Shown here one piece after another: positions 24,791 through 39,843 of a DNA stretch of 64,000 bases; the first letter of the stretch is position 1; each line of letters starts with the position of its first letter. The notes below the pieces were generated by a model, which saw only the letters and a list, made by a program, of their open reading frames with translations, searched no databases and had not been told where the DNA came from. The stretch comes from Catajapyx aquilonaris. Its lineage: Eukaryota. The DNA is taken from NCBI GenBank assembly GCA_000934665.2, contig KZ537964.1:62001-126000 (forward strand), given 5' to 3'. Both the position numbers and the translations under genes were made by a program.

Positions 24791-27700
24791 TTCCCAACCA
24801 CTCATCCGCCAGGTGGCAGGACCTCCCTGCAGTGACGTCAGCCCGCAGCGCCCTCTGTGGCCCTCCTTCCAAACTAGTGGTGTCCCGTAAATCAGTTGAC
24901 TGCGGGAAAAAGAAAGGAGGAAGGCGGGGAGTAGAAACCTGGGCCTGGGGAAGTAATGAGAAGGAGGGGGAGGGTAGGGAGAGGCGTGACAGGAGAAATG
25001 CATGTCGGGGAAGCCCTGAGTTGCCGATGCGTCATTGGGGGAAGCGGCTGCTGAGACCGATTCATCTTTATAGTGTGGCAGAGCGGGCGCGGTTGTGCCA
25101 GCCGACTAGATTTATGCCTCCTACTTTCCACTTCCTTAGCGCCGGAAAATGCGATTCATCTCTCCAGCTAGCTCTTACCCCCTCCTCCAGCCAAGCCAGC
25201 CCTTGCATTACATTTGCTACGTGCACCATGCCTTTGCCTTTGCCTTCAATTCAGATTAGCTGTGACTTTTCTTCAAATGGGGCCCCCCCCCTCGATGAAT
25301 AGGGAATCATTTGGGGCCGGATGCGGAACTATTACCTGCTCATTTCCACAACCTTTGGCCTGCCACAGCTATTAATCTATTCCGGTCTCACCCCGCCCCC
25401 TCCGCGTTAATTGGCCGCAACGGCCTAAGTGCATTACAGCTTGATAATTATACACCGCTGCTGCTGCTACCCTCAATCGCCAGGAATTACTTAGCGCCAC
25501 AGGTGAGAGATATGCTGCCTGTGGTGTAAGTCAGTTAGGCCGTATTACTCATATTTAAATTTTTGAGAGAAAAGTCGCCTTATTTTGAAAGCTAAAAGCA
25601 AAAGAACTATAGCTGTAATATGGATAAGTGATGTATTAAAACTTTTGCACTATTAATTTAAAATTGCTATGCCTATCTTTACTATTCTGATAGTAGTCTG
25701 TTTATGCACTAGTCACACACACACCAATTAGTTTTTACTTATCTGATTATGTATGTCATCTATCACAACCAGGCTATCTGATTCAGAACACTTCATAAAA
25801 ACACGAATTTTCACGTCACAGATGACCTAGCCCAGTGGTAGATGGACCAATTGTGAAAATGTTCCATATATTGGTAATAGGAAATTAGCAGTCAGTTAAT
25901 ACAGTTTTGACACCAGATAGCATACTCACGTATTGCGAATAAATTTCCTCTAAATTGGCTTTTATGCAGTACTCTCTACCTAAAGACATAAGCAACATTT
26001 AAAATTCCAACTGAGCAATTATTAACCAACCCCAACCCGATTAAGGGTAGGCACACATCATAATGACCTAAGTATGCAAACCCCGCCATAAGACGCATCC
26101 TGAAAAACAACGCAATTTGCCTTCTTAACTTCATTAGTCCTCAAAATTAACCAATCCGAAAAAATCAGTCTCAAAAAAAAAAAAAAAATTCGCAGTTTAG
26201 ACTACCCAGCAGAATGGCTGGGGGATAGCGTAAGGGAGAAGAGGAAGCTCAGGTCCTGATCATCATAATGAAGTGTTCGTGTCGTGGGATTTGGTCGGAT
26301 TAGGTACTGTATCAGCAGCATCCAGGCAGAACAAAGGCGACGCGATTTGCTGCACTTGCCGGGTTTTCTCCTACCCCACCCTAGCTTCCAAGCCCTCATT
26401 CGGCCCCAAAGAGAGGAGAATTTTCCAGCCAGCCTCCGCACCCTGGAGCTAACGCTCAGGAAAATTGCACCAACGGACTTGTCAGTACATATCAAGTTGT
26501 AATTTATTTTCCGCAAAGCCGTGGATTTAAACCTATGGCTAACATGGCGCTCTCTCCCCCTATCGTTTAGATTAGGCGGGCTTAAATCCTGCCTACTCTG
26601 TCTTGATTTTGTTTATAGCTCTGCGTCACTGACGGAATGTCAATGGATTGTTAGCTGGGTGTCAATAGATTCCAGTTGTCAACTCTCAAGCAGAAAGTAT
26701 GAAATGACTTGAAAGAAACGTCACATCTATCACTGTTACCCTCCTGTCTGTCCCTTTTGCGTTTACGTCTTCATTTCTACGAGATCTCGCAGATCTTATT
26801 TGAGACATGACATGTGACTCCTATGAAAAAAAGTCATACTGTAGGTTTGTTCAGGTAGCGTGTGACTCCGTCGCTCAAATCATATTCTGGACTTCTGACA
26901 GCATTCGTGTCTACCCATCGGGCACACACGCTTCGTCTAACTCAAAAGTGCCCTGTCCGTACACTGCGGTATGGGAGTCCGTCCTATAGTGCTTGCGATA
27001 TGAGACACTCAGTTGCAAAAGGAGATCAAGTGGTTCAGTTACTACAGTCCGATCCAAGATTCGGGATTGGTGTCACCGGAGCGAAGGTAGCGACGCCATC
27101 CGCAGAAGGGAGAAGTAAGCCTATACAATATCCTTGAAAAGATCTTTTACGGCAAGTGGCGCCTTCTGTAGGTCACTTGTACTTATACATGTGATTTTAG
27201 CTATTGTGTTAGTTCTTCATTTGCACATGAAAATAAAAAACATTTGAAATATTAAACAAAATATTATTCAGGCTTATCTGTGTTTAAAAGGTTACGAGTA
27301 AGGTCTACAGTGTAGCGTTCAAAAAAATTTGCTCGCAATGAACTCCTATCACCATAGTCCAACGTAAAACTACTGTAACACACTTATAATCACAACACAC
27401 GAGTGTCTCTCTCCCCATTGATCCGAATTGACCCCACACATCACCCTACATTCCCAGTGGGTCCGATTTTGAAATAGAACCGCCCAGCTAATACATCACA
27501 AACTCCCCTGATCATCCCGGATTACTTCCAATTGTGCCGTAATTATTCAGAGGACATAAATATCATCGCATCTTCCCCTGATTGGACGCTTAAAACTTAG
27601 GAGCACTGGCAAAGGAGAGAAGGGTGTCCTCAATTTGCGATGGCGCAATTGGGTCGCCTCTGCCTGATGAAATGTGAATTAATGTCTTTCCTCAAACTCC

Positions 27701-28985
27701 CAGGACTGCTTTATGGCTGCGTATAGGGGAGTTGGGAGCCGGGGGTCTATATTTTGTCAGCGAAATGGCGTCCGGGGCCATAAATTCTCATTACAATGTG
27801 GTAATTAGATGATTGCGACCCTTCTGGATTTGCTTTTATGCCGTCTGCCTCGGAGGATTAAAGAGGGTTGGGGGGAAGATACGGATGAAGCCCTGGGAAA
27901 ATCCAACACTGCGGGGTCTGCCAACTTTGTTTTTCGCCAAGTCGGCCTCCGGATAAAGGAGAAAATGATTTTTTTAGGGTTCCGGTGACACTTAATGGAT
28001 TGACTCGGGATTGCCATCTAACGGAGAGGAGATGAACTTTCGGGATGAGACACCCCTTAGTGTTCTCCACATTCCAAATGAACTTATGGACATAATTAGT
28101 AACTTTACCAATATATTTATTAGCATAGCTGTTCCGAAACTTTTCGACGTTATAACTACTAATAAACACTTGGACATTTGAACCACCTGTTAAACTAGGC
28201 TCCGTGAAATCCCTATGCTCCGATCACATTCCATCCTGCCGCCTATGCAACCCATACTGCTTCCACTCCCATTGTCCATCAGGCCATCCGGCAGGGGACC
28301 ATCACCGACGACCCCAAGAAATTCGAGCAGCAATTCCGCCACAACCGAGTTCAGAGGGGATAGAAGATAGCACCAGAAATCGGATCCAGTTGTCGACAAG
28401 CAGCAGCTGCGGTGGGCTCTTTGCCACTTTCCAATTCCCCAAAGTCATATGGAAAGAAAGAACATCCTCTTCTTATAGTGGTGGTGGGGTTGTGGTTGTC
28501 GAGAGAGAGAGGGGGGGAGGCGATTCCTCGATACAAATGGAACTAGGAGAATGGAACTTTCCAAGGGAGGGGTCCCAAGAGGCGAATCAATGAGCAAACG
28601 CGGCGATAATCTTATTTTCTTTGTTGGTCAGCTGTAATTGTGAGCTATGGGCCATTTGGGAGAGGTGGCCGAGTGGTCAAGATGGCGCAGGCACTGGAGG
28701 GGGAGGAAGGAAACAGATTGTAAGAATGGGCTAGAGCATTTTGTGTGACCTTTCTCCGCCTCAGTTGGAATCTCGGCCAGAAAAGGGGACATGTCGTTTT
28801 GTCTTAGCTACGAGAGAGAGCCATCTATTTTCTCTAGTCTTCAGAAGACAGTCACTTCATTTTGTTACACTCTTCTATGTCGAATCTTACCGTTTTTAGG
28901 CGTATTTACCGCTCCAGACAGTGTCAAGTTCGGTATAATTTGAATTCGCCCGACGATTTTCGCTCACCGACAGCGACAGTTCGTA

Positions 28986-29245
28986 CAGTGTTGGACAGTA
29001 ATCGCGTCATACTGCTAGCGACATTTTTCGATGCGGCGTGATCCGTGCGAGTAAGAAGAGGTAGGCTTTGGGTGACGTCACTAGCTGGGGGGCAGTGGAG
29101 AACAAGGCTTGTCTCCAGCCAGTGGCGTCACTCAAGGCCTACCATTTCTTACTCGCACGGCTCGCACTCTATCACTTCTATTTGCACGTCTGCCACCGTA
29201 TCGGAAATGTCGCTAGCAGTATGACGCGATTAACGTCCAACACTG
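28986..29245. mobile_element. Palindromic MITE, family C (CAGTGTTGG ends, TA TSD)
   Basis: TA|CAGTGTTGGACAGTAATCGCGTCATACTGCTAGCGACATTT ... AAATGTCGCTAGCAGTATGACGCGATTAACGTCCAACACTG|TA. Related copy at 49347-49508. Confidence 0.9.
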
Positions 29246-30744
29246 TACATAGCTACTTTAAGTGCCCCAAAAACGCCAATTAAACTGGCACACCCTATAA
29301 TTTAATATTCTAAAGTCATGCACATGCCACTGTGTAGAATCAGCCTTCACAACCATATCCCCCGCCTGCAAAGGGCGTGCATGCCACGCAAGCATTCTGG
29401 TGGGACAACCAGAGGAAATAAAACGCCTTTCCATCACATTAACAGTGACAACCCTAGTCAAACAAGCACATTTTGCAAAATTCATACTTATTACCCGCTA
29501 GATGCCACTCAATCCTAATCCATTTTCCTTGACCCAGAACCATATATCTAACCTCTCCAAAAGCTGTCTAATAATGTCTTATCTACACCCCCTCACCCAC
29601 AAACCAGGTTGTAAATAAGAACCACCCACTATTTCTCTTCCAAACAACCAGACTATTTACTATTATGGAGCACGAAAGGGTGTAAATGCAGACTGCTGAA
29701 ACTTGTATAGAGTCATCAGATTGGTGTCGCTCGTCCAGTCCACCCACCGAATAATTTAGGGACCTACGACAGGCGAAACTGTTGGTAAAAAAATGAAGTT
29801 ATGGGCATGGAGGTCGTAAGTGCCACGTCACGTCGTTTTTGACGGTGACAAGTAGCGAATAGTTGCATGTCGACCAGATCCGGGCACGTAAATCTAGCTA
29901 GAGGCCTTTTGAAGGTGCAAGAAAACAGGCGATGGACATGGGGTTACGACGGTTGTCGTGTCGTGTCGTTGGCACGAACGTCGTTTCCCAAAAAAAAATA
30001 GGAGAGAAGGGGGAGGGGGGGGACATAATAGAAACTGTACCATTTTGGCTCATTTATCATACGATTTTTATCGGTCTCCCTCATACTAAAAAGCAGCTGC
30101 TTTTACGGGTCTTAGTGGCCGTCAATCACTTCGCAGTCACGCAAAACAAACATTGGTCTTGGCGATAGGGGGCTTTTGGAAAACCCATGCGCACTTTATG
30201 TGGAGCTTAAAGCAAGTCTGGAACTTATTCACATGTCCGCCTTCACGACCAATTATTTTCCAGGGTAATTTTTTGGTCGGACCGGAACGTAGTTGGGGTG
30301 ACGTACGTCCCTTGTCATCTAGCTTATCACGTAGGAACAGTTGACAGGACACGCAACGTCTTTCTGGAATACATTCTAGAACTGACGTCTCTCTCTTTTT
30401 TTGATATACTATTACATGCTGCTGGTAGTCATTACTATTCAAGCCTGTCACTCGGGGAGGTCTTTGATGTGACAGGTACTAACCCAGAAACAAAGCAATA
30501 ATGAGGTGATTGATCCAGAAAACTGGCTCTGTACAAGTTTGGGGAAAACAGTGGTTGTGGACAGGTGTGTGCCATGTCAATTTGTGTGAGCAATGCGGTG
30601 GAAGCTCGATGACAATGCCTGGAAAATTGCTAATGCTGGTCGTACATTGAATTTTTTAAGTAATTATTAGCTTTTTATACAATAATTTAACCTTCATAAA
30701 ACTATTTTACATTGGACTTTACATTGGACTCCACTAATTTTCGG

Positions 30745-30764
30745 TTAGGTTAGGTTAGGTTAGG
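30745..30764. repeat. Interstitial (TTAGG)4, arthropod-type telomeric motif
   Basis: TTAGGTTAGGTTAGGTTAGG. A shorter run occurs at 38871-38884. Confidence 0.7.
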
Positions 30765-33700
30765 TACACTAGGCTCTGTTCCTTCCGCACTGGTCGGTCT
30801 AACCTTCCCTCAAGACATTAAAACAAATTTTCAACAAAATGTTCAAAATATTAATATACATCATCATCATCATCATCATCATCATCAACATCACGACATT
30901 TCCCTGTGAGGGGTAGTCAGCGATGAAGGGAGACGCAAGCTAACCCAACATATGAACTAATAATTAAAACTCGTAAAAAATATTAATATAAAATGTCCAC
31001 CTGGGTTCTAAACCACTTAATTAACCGCATTCATTTGAAAGCGATTTAAAATCAGTTTCTTACAGGCCTCATGGGACGATATATATATTTTTTGCCCCAA
31101 CCGCCATGTCAGACAACACACAACAAACCGTGCTGGCAAAACGGACATGTCTCCATGAACGGACGGTAATTAAGCCCGACTGGTTCATGACATTGGAAAC
31201 CGTGACCATGACAGTTACTACAACGTGACACCAGATTCCGGGAAGCGACAAGGGAATTGCAGTGCGCGTGACGATTGCATTAGGCGCCTTTTGTGCTATA
31301 TACCCAACACTACTGGACACTATTAAGTAAATAGTAAGAATCATCATAGACGTCCTTTTTCAAACAAAAAAAAGGTGGGGCAATGTTCTCATAACACGAA
31401 TTTTTAAATATCCCATTTTCTGGTCAGTGAACCAAGCCACACCCACTTATCTTCCTTTCCTTTCGCACGTTACCCCTGCCAGAAGCCTCGTTACCTTATC
31501 TTCATGGCGAAAAATCATACACGTAAGTCGTACGTTCAAATTACGTCCGCACAGAAAATGGTTGGAAGAGTGCAGGACGCGTTCTCTCTGCAAAAAAAAA
31601 CCCAGCCTAAATTAGCAATGTCCTCATAAGGTAGGTTTAGTCCCCCTCACCTGAACGGAAGCGCACTCACGCTCCATGTTCTAATAATGTGTACAGACCA
31701 TGTAAAGAATGATGGTCCAACACGCAACAATGCCCTAGGCCTGACACTCACTTGGTTTTTTTCCCGCATATTTATGACGCGCAATATTACCAGTGGAAAA
31801 GCCGTGGGAGTGTCATAAAGACCTAACATGACGGTGTAACAACCACATATGCAATTTTTTCTGCTTCTGTGCAGAGTATATTATACGTGTTGGCTGCCAG
31901 TGACGTTATCTGGCTTTTTTTTTGCTTTTTTTGACGGTGCTAAATGTGTGCGCCTCTCGCTGCGAAACGCATTAGGTTTCTGAGTCACCTGCACAAGCCG
32001 ATGCAATCTGTGGCAGGTATCGGGCGATACCGGAGTACGAATTGTTAAATCGATCCTATAAAATGGAAAAATTATCACTCTGCATATTTTATTCACAGTG
32101 ATCGTGCCTGAAATGTCAAAGTGAATAAAATATATTCACGTCATACATTTAAAAAATTCACTTACAGGTTACTGCATAAACGATAAACATATGCATTGTA
32201 CGCATAAAATTAACAAATGGTGAATAATTTTGTGCGCTAGATACATAAAATTAATTTTTTATGCACATTTTTTTCTGCATTTCAAATTTGTAGTGTACCT
32301 TTGATGGTGTGATACTGTATACGATGTAGTGACACCAGAGCAATCACGATAAGCGAATGTATCCCATTGAATTACTAGGATAAACAATCCAGCTTCACCT
32401 ATACTCCTCTCTTGAACTGGGAACATGGCCAATTCACCACCCAGTATGAAAAACATAATGCATAAAATTAATTTTTCGCCACCATTTTACCACGTTACCT
32501 TAATCGCTCATCCATCTATCAAGCATCCCACGCACTACATGTCAACGTCGGCTAATTGCACCTAATCACCTCTATTATTGGTACCCAACCCAGGCAACAG
32601 GACATTGCACTTAAGCAATGCCACCCATTAATCATCCCAAAAAATCAAGCATCTAATAATCGTAATTATCTTTTTTTTTTCTTCTCAAGAAGAATCCTCA
32701 CACAGCATGGGATGCACAACAATGCTTGATTAGGGTACCCATCCCTCCCACAATGTCTAAATGACACTTTTATTAGAGTGAGGGGGAAGCTTTTGGCAGC
32801 GAGCATCATGTTTGTTAATTATTCGTGGCAGAGACGAGAGAAACTGATGCTAGGGCCCTCTTACCATCTGGGAAGGAAGTTGGGAAAGCAGCACTAGATG
32901 AGCGAGTGAAGCGGGTGATGGGGAGAGGTGGTGGGGAGGGAAGGCGGGGGGGAATGTAATTATTGGCCAAGTGAACAGTTTGCTCGTTAAATTTCGATTA
33001 GGCCATGTTGATAGGGCCATTCATCACTGTCAGGAGTGGAAGGCCGTCATAAATAGCGTTGCGGTGGACCAGTCGCGCCGACTCTCCCCGTGTCAATGTC
33101 GTCGCTCATTTTACCCTCTGCAAAAAAATACAACATACAGTGGGTGGGGGTGCCAAGATACACCTTTCTTTCTCATCGCGGCTACACTCAAAACCGTGGA
33201 GAATCAGAGTGACATTTCCGACATGCATAAGACAGGCTTTTCGGGGGGTTAAAACCGTTCACTGACGGTTATTGATGGTTTTGTGACATACGTCCGAAGT
33301 TGATGCAACCGCCTGGTTCAAATAACTTGGCTGAATCGGTTAAGACCGGGTCGAAACGGGTCACCGAATAGAGAGTCACAAATGGGGCGCGCGTGCACCC
33401 GGTTGCAGACCGGCCAGGCGTCATCTCCACGTGGGCTGCAATTAAACCGCCATATTGGCCAGGTGTGAACATCCTTCTGGCTGATCTGAGCAGGCAAGAC
33501 GGAGTGAATGCAAATGCAGATTGGATTGATGTGTGGATGGGCGTTGGTGGCAACCCCCTAGGGTACGGCTCCACTATATACCCACACCCCCCCCTACCCA
33601 ACACCCACGCTGTCAGAGCCCCCCCAGAGTTGAGGGGGTACGTGTGGTGTAGTGGCGGGGGTAGAAAGAGGCCCGAGCCTCATTACGGGGACATGTCAGA

Positions 33701-36210
33701 ACGCCATCCATCTCTGTCAGCGGCCACGGCAAAATGGAGCTGTTTATGCATGTTTGCGTCAAGCGTGCATCCCCTTACACCGACAAATGACGGCGACAGA
33801 GATAGATGGGACCAGTCGCCGGGCGGCATCAGAGGAAACTATTGTCCCCACCCACCCTACCCTTTTTGTGTGTGCACACTATACGATGGATGGATACCCC
33901 AAAACGGATGACTTACATGCAGATTCCTGCAAGTCACGCCCGTGCACAATGCCGCGGGGAGTTTCTAATTAGTGGCATTCTGGCGCCCAACCCTCACCCT
34001 GTAACATACCACTCTTTTGCATAGTCACTTTCGATGTCCCGTTCTGTCAGTTGTTGTGGGTTTCGCATTAGTGCAGCATGCAGGGGCTGCGGTGACTGAT
34101 GATCAAAGTACGTGCTTGCTATAATGACGCAGGGACTCTCTAGTTTTTTTTTTGAGGGTTGATGGTCGGCTGTTCCTTATGCCTGTCCTTAGTTCTGGAC
34201 AATGAAATGGAGGCCATATGTCACAAAAAATAAACAAACTTGGCTTCAATTGACGGTCATGATATCCTAGATGCAATTAATAGTTGTAGCCGAGTAATTA
34301 TTTAGATATGATGAATTGCGCACTATAACCCGACTTGCGTGTCGTTCGTAAATAGAATAATGCCAAATTCTTGGAGCCTAACGTTTCTTTGTAATAAATA
34401 GAGGAAATTCATTAGGAAAGGTAATAAATACGTCAGGGATATTAATAATGCTCACAGAATTAACTAGTGACCTTCGCCATGTTTCTAGCTGGATATAATT
34501 TCAGCTAGAGTCATTTTTGACCTGCATCATCCTATACTCTAAAAATAATTTAATGACACCTTCATACCCCTTTGATGTCAAGCCTACTTACTCAGTGCAA
34601 ACTGCCCCAACAATGCCCTTGATTGTCTGTAAACTCTTGCAGCACAATACAAATACCCTCGCTGCATCCACAATGACTGATATCAATACTTGCACTCACA
34701 CAACAAGGCACTTCTCCCCCTTCTCCTTTGGCCCCCCTAAGGGCAAATATGTACTTTGCAGGCAAGACGGAATTTTGCGCTGTGCCACTTCACACCCTAC
34801 GAAAACACATTTCGTAAATGGTACTGTGAGTGCTCCTCTGAAAGAAGAGCCTCGGATGTAACCCTCGGGATCAATCAAATTCTTCCCTCCCCATCCCCAT
34901 TCTCTTGTCACCGACACCTCGAATTTAAACAACGCAAAGACCGAAAAGAGAAATTGCCGATGCCTTCACATACATTACACATCAGGAAGTTAAAGCGACT
35001 CGAGCTGGAAAGAGTACGACAGCAAAATTGAGTTTCCTTGGAATTTGAGAGGTCCTACTATTCCTCTGTGGGTTACCCCCTCCACACATTTTGAATGATT
35101 ACTTTACTGTTCCAAAATATCAGGACAGGTCGATATGATCGAAAGGATCCCCTGGAGAGGATTGAATGAGTCCATTATTGTTGCCTCTCTGCGCTCTCTC
35201 CCCTCAAAAAAATGGACTGAAAAAAAAACTGTGGAATTGTATCCACGCCTCCCACAAGGGCTTTCACACTTTTATTGTCTGAAACTTAATCTTGTCCCTG
35301 CATGTTTTTTTTTTTTTTTTTGAAAAAAAAAATACCCAACTTCCAAATTTAATCTACCATTGGGTACTGGTGCATTAACGCTGCTGTTTCGAATTAGACC
35401 AATCCCTATGATCAAAGAGAAGGTCCCACCGTGAGCGCCGCCTGCGCTTATTCAATTACCTTTGGGGACAAAACTTCAAAGATGGACTCCGAAAATTACA
35501 TTTTTAACGTCGTTTGGACGCCCTGGATCAGCGCCTGTCTCCCGGACCAGCCAACGAACCTTTGAAAAATTCACTTTTCGTTTGCTATGTAAATAGAGGC
35601 GGGGAGGGGGGACGGGGGGCTTTGGGCTCTGCGGCAAGGCTCCCCAAAAAACCCCTCCAAATTAAAAATTCATCCTTTTGATTGTGCGCTATAAAAATGT
35701 TAAATCCCTTAAAAATGAACGTGCGCCGACAGATGTATGAAAGATGTACTTCTCCTGGCAGAAAAATTCCCCTTAAGCCAAGAAAGACGAAAAAACGTGA
35801 GACGTGGGGGAGGAGATGGGGAAGAAAATATATAAAATTTTCTTCCCCGCTTCCTATAAACTTCATCAAGGCGTTGGTCCTAGGCTTCCATTCCATATAA
35901 GTCCCTCTTCTCTTCCCCCCCTCAGAAAACACCCCAAAAAAGGAAAGAAAAATGTTGTTTTACGACTCCTCCAGGAGTTAAATTAACTGTTGAGATGGTT
36001 CGGATGAGACCTTCTTATTTACCCCGCTTCCATATACGTTGACTTCAATTACATTTTTGTGAAGAGGCCTCTTTCAACTTTCTAGGATCAAATCCAGGGG
36101 ACTTATGCCTACTCTGCAGCCTGAATTATCAGTGTGTGTAGATATATCCTGAACTTTTTTTGGAAAAAAAACGAGGGTGCTCCTCATGGTCGTGGTTGTA
36201 GTCCAATATA

Positions 36211-36452
36211 CAGGGTGTTAATCCTAAGCGTGTACCAGAAAAGGTAGAGGGCTCAGGTGTAAGCATTTTTGAATAAGGAACTAGGGGTCGGAAACGCACC
36301 CTCACCGAGTCACTCCGCCGCATACCACACTGCCGCAAACTTGAAAGGGGCGTAACTCGGTGAGGGTGCGTTTCCGACCCCTAGTTCCTTATGCAAAAAT
36401 GCTTACACCTGCGTCCTCTACCACCACCTTTTCTGGTGACACGCTTGAGGAT
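36211..36452. mobile_element. Palindromic MITE (CAGGGTGTT left end), right end eroded
   Basis: TA|CAGGGTGTTAATCC. Near-perfect inverted arms CAGGTGTAAGCATTTTTGAATAAGGAACTAGGGGTCGGAAACGCACCCTCACCGAGT / ACTCGGTGAGGGTGCGTTTCCGACCCCTAGTTCCTTATGCAAAAATGCTTACACCTG. Confidence 0.85.
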
Positions 36453-37686
36453 ATATTGAGACCAGCCTGCAGTCAGGCAGTTTCACGACATGTGCTCACT
36501 CAGCAGCAGCCCTCTAGTAGGGGCGTCACATATAAAAAGCGGTTCTAACTACAGTTAAAAAGCCGCCCTGAACAAACGCATTGTTCATGATCAAATCACG
36601 AAGAAATCTAGCCCTCTGATATGCCTGCAATGCACACAATTATGCCATTGCTCAACCAATTCCCGGAGATAATGCCCTCCATGCTGGGCTTTTAGCTCGG
36701 GAGCCCTACACATACCCTCTGTGCTGTGGTATTCTCGCCCAGAAGATGCCCCTGGTATCAAAGCAGTGCTATCCCCCCCACTGTTGAAAATGGTATTCTC
36801 ATGAACTAATTGGGTGGTGAAGGGGTGGGCAATATGAGTGCTTGTCCAGGGCGAAACACACACGGCGCACACACTCGCACACAGGAATAGCTTAAATATT
36901 TGAACAAGGGCTGGCCAACTTGAACCATGGTTGGGGGGGGGGGGGGTATAACCCCTCCCCATTCATGGAGCGCCACTCATTTTGGGAATGCAAGAGTGGA
37001 CAAATAAAAGGAATCCAAGTAAATCACGGAACTGCATCGACTGCAATGCAATCCACCCCCCCCTCGCTCTCTCTGTGTTCAATGGATTCCTCACATACAT
37101 TCCCTGGCATAAACAATCCTTTTCATCTGGGGTTCCATGGCAGGGAATTTTCCCTCTTTCAATCGTCAACATTATGAACCACACCGCAACTGGGGTCCTG
37201 GGTACACACAATGCGGAGGGGTATTTTTGCTCTCTGCTTTTGTGTGGTTCCAAGTCTCATGCGTGTTTCGACGCCCAACGGCTATTGTCAGCACAACTAT
37301 TAATGCATGAGCAAATGTACTGCAGCTATCCGTGAAACTGGGGGATGTTTATGCCACTAATTACCTAGTGTGCTGTTGACTCTTTAGATGGATCAGCAGC
37401 GTGTCAGGTAGGGTCAGAACTTCATTGTGACAAAATATTAGACATCCTTTTTGCTCCATATGTGAAAGAAATCTGAGCCACAATTGCTGCCAATAAACAT
37501 CATAAAAAATCCCCCCACAAAAATGCACAATCTTGGTTTTCTAGACCTCAAAAAAGTGCAGTTTTCAGACTTTTCCCTAAATCAGCGGCATGTAATCCGT
37601 GCGCTAAGTTTCAGCACTCTCAGTACTCTGAAAGTGGGTTAGGTAGCCTTGACATAAATACCAACAACTTTTCTCCTTTATATATG

Positions 37687-37942
37687 CAGGGTGTTTCAAC
37701 TTTTTTGTCCGAACCGTTATCGGAAAATTTCACGCAGCTGCTACTTTGTAAGCAGTGACTTGCAACCGGTGATTTGTCGGAGGAATGGGGAATTGGGAAA
37801 AAGATGGTCACATGCCACACGATTCGCAGGGAATATTCTCCGTTCCTCCGACAAATCACCGGTCGCAAGTCACTGCTTACAAAGTAGCAGCTACGTGTAA
37901 ATTTTCCAATAACTCTTCGGACAAAAAAGTTGAAACACCCTG
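37687..37942. mobile_element. Palindromic MITE, family B
   Basis: CAGGGTGTTTCAACTTTTTTGTCCGAA ... TTCGGACAAAAAAGTTGAAACACCCTG|TA, ~100-bp arms, homologous to 10411-10606. Confidence 0.9.
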
Positions 37943-39178
37943 TACAATTGTATGCCGGTATATGTATGTAAGATGTGTTCAGTGTACATAACCCAAATTT
38001 AGGAATCAGACATATCCGTTGATGCCCATTAGATCTCTATTGGTACAGTGTGCATTGACGGATAAAGGAGAAGGCTAGTGGTGTATATAGAGTCAGGCCA
38101 GGGTAAAAGAGAAGAGGAGGGTTTGAGAGAGTGGCGCCGGAAGCGAAACGTTGTGAAATTGATTCTTCAATGCAATCACAGCGATTGAGAGTTGACTTTT
38201 CTCCCCGGCTTAAAATAACAACAAAGGGCTTTTCCCTTCCACCCCCACCCCCTCAAACACACCCTCTCGTTGCAATTGACCCCAGGCCAAACCCAGTGGG
38301 GGGGCCATGGAGTGGGTGGTATTTGGCCCCTTATTCCCCCTCCAATCCCACCCACGCCCCTCATTTCCAAACGCTTCTGATATCGGTAATATTGCTAATT
38401 TCGAGGGTGTACAAAGCGTGCCGCCGTCCTTTCATCTCAAGTCAGAAATCTGCAGGCCCAAAGGATCCGGCGGCCATTACCCTGAGCCTTTGTCTGCCTA
38501 TTCGCCTGTGAACCCCGGAGCTTTACTTACACTGTCAGACGCAAGCAGCGCCACTGAATGAGCAAACTTCCACCCTCTGCATCATGGTGCCATGAACCCG
38601 GTGCCTATACTTGCTCCAGGGGGTTGATCCAGTGAGAGAAAAAATTTGCAGAGGTGTGTGCATTGTGTGAGAGATCAATTCTGAAAAAAAAAAACAGGAA
38701 CAAAGGAAAAGTGTGTTAATCCCATTGTTGCATAATAATCACCTCAGGACATAGGGTCATAGGTGATCTGAGTTAACTAATGCAATTGTTCAATCAGTAG
38801 TTAGAAAATATTGATACTAATATTATGAATTATACTATAATATGGTGGGATTGAACGATTTACAGTAACATTAGGTTAGGTTAGACCAATATGCCGGGGG
38901 CGAAACGGCGGGGGCGAAAGGTCCGAGACCCATGTTACATAGAATATAGTGAAGAGAAAGACTGGAGATCTGTACAGGCGAGAGAATGATAGGAAAAGAG
39001 GGGAAGTCCCAAAGTCTACATCCTATTTATTAAGTCCCTCGCTCCGGGGGTCAAGTTGGAGTAGATAGAGTTGGAAGAAGCCGAGTAGGAGGGGAAAGGA
39101 GAAACATGAGGTGGCAGGAAGGGACTTAAATTAGGAAGGGGAAGGTAGGTGGTGAGGGAGGACCAGTATAGAATCCAC

Positions 39179-39411
39179 TAGAGCTGTACGATATCCGAAA
39201 TAATTGCATATCGACTTTCGATACTCAAAAAACATCGAATCGAAGTCGATATATCAAAAATCGGAAAACCGAAACCGAAAACCGACGTCGAACCGACATC
39301 GAAAAATCGCGATATTCGATACATCGCACATGCCAAGCATCGGATATCGCAACTGCGATATTAGGAAAATATCGTATTGACAGTCGATGTATCGAAATAT
39401 GACACAGCCCA
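39179..39411. mobile_element. Probable hAT-like non-autonomous remnant rich in TCGA/CGATA subterminal motifs
   Basis: Begins TAGAGCTGTACGATA and ends TATGACACAGCCCA (imperfect inverted ends). Dense ATCGA/ACCGA repeats. No 8-bp TSD found. Confidence 0.5.
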
Positions 39412-39430
39412 TTGTGAACATTGACATAAT

Positions 39431-39516
39431 ATTATGGACATTATTTTATTATGGACAATATTATGGACATTATTTTATTATGGACAATATTATGGACGGT
39501 ATTTTATTATGGACAA
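39431..39516. repeat. Short tandem repeat of ATTATGGACA-based units
   Basis: ATTATGGACATTATTTTATTATGGACAAT repeated about 3 times. Confidence 0.85.
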
Positions 39517-39843
39517 GAGACATGAACCATGGTGTTATCCATATGGACAATTGTGTGGTGCTCTACAGTTATGCCTCAGATTCTCAACATTTCTAGAGTA
39601 TAGGCCTAATGTACCAAAATAATATTTTTCAACAAAACTGTGATTTTTCCTCCCAAAATTGTTAGATGAGATCAGAGGGGTTGCATATGCCTCAGGATGT
39701 CACTCCTTTAAGAAATGCAATCCATCTTGGCTCTCAAGCAGAGCCTGCTGCTGGCTCTCTTTTGTCCACCGACTTCCGAATGTCTTTGAGTGCAAACGAG
39801 GGCCAAGCAGCCTTTTCCTTTTGTCTTCATTTTCAGGGGGGGG

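Noticed and set aside
28660..28690. GAGGTGGCCGAGTGGTCAAG resembles a tRNA 5' half/A box
   Set aside because: No B box (GTTCGA) or cloverleaf downstream.
30745..30764. TTAGG run as evidence of a chromosome end or fusion site
   Set aside because: Only four units, and such short interstitial runs are common, often within transposon remnants.
33393..33911. 172-aa ORF (also 24679-25302, 207 aa, and 19622-20080, 152 aa)
   Set aside because: No recognisable domain and atypical composition. Some overlap repeats or use non-ATG starts. Consistent with chance ORFs in GC-richer DNA.
34017..34029. TTGCATAGTCAC matches the 5' part of miR-153
   Set aside because: The match stops after ~12 nt and there is no convincing precursor hairpin.
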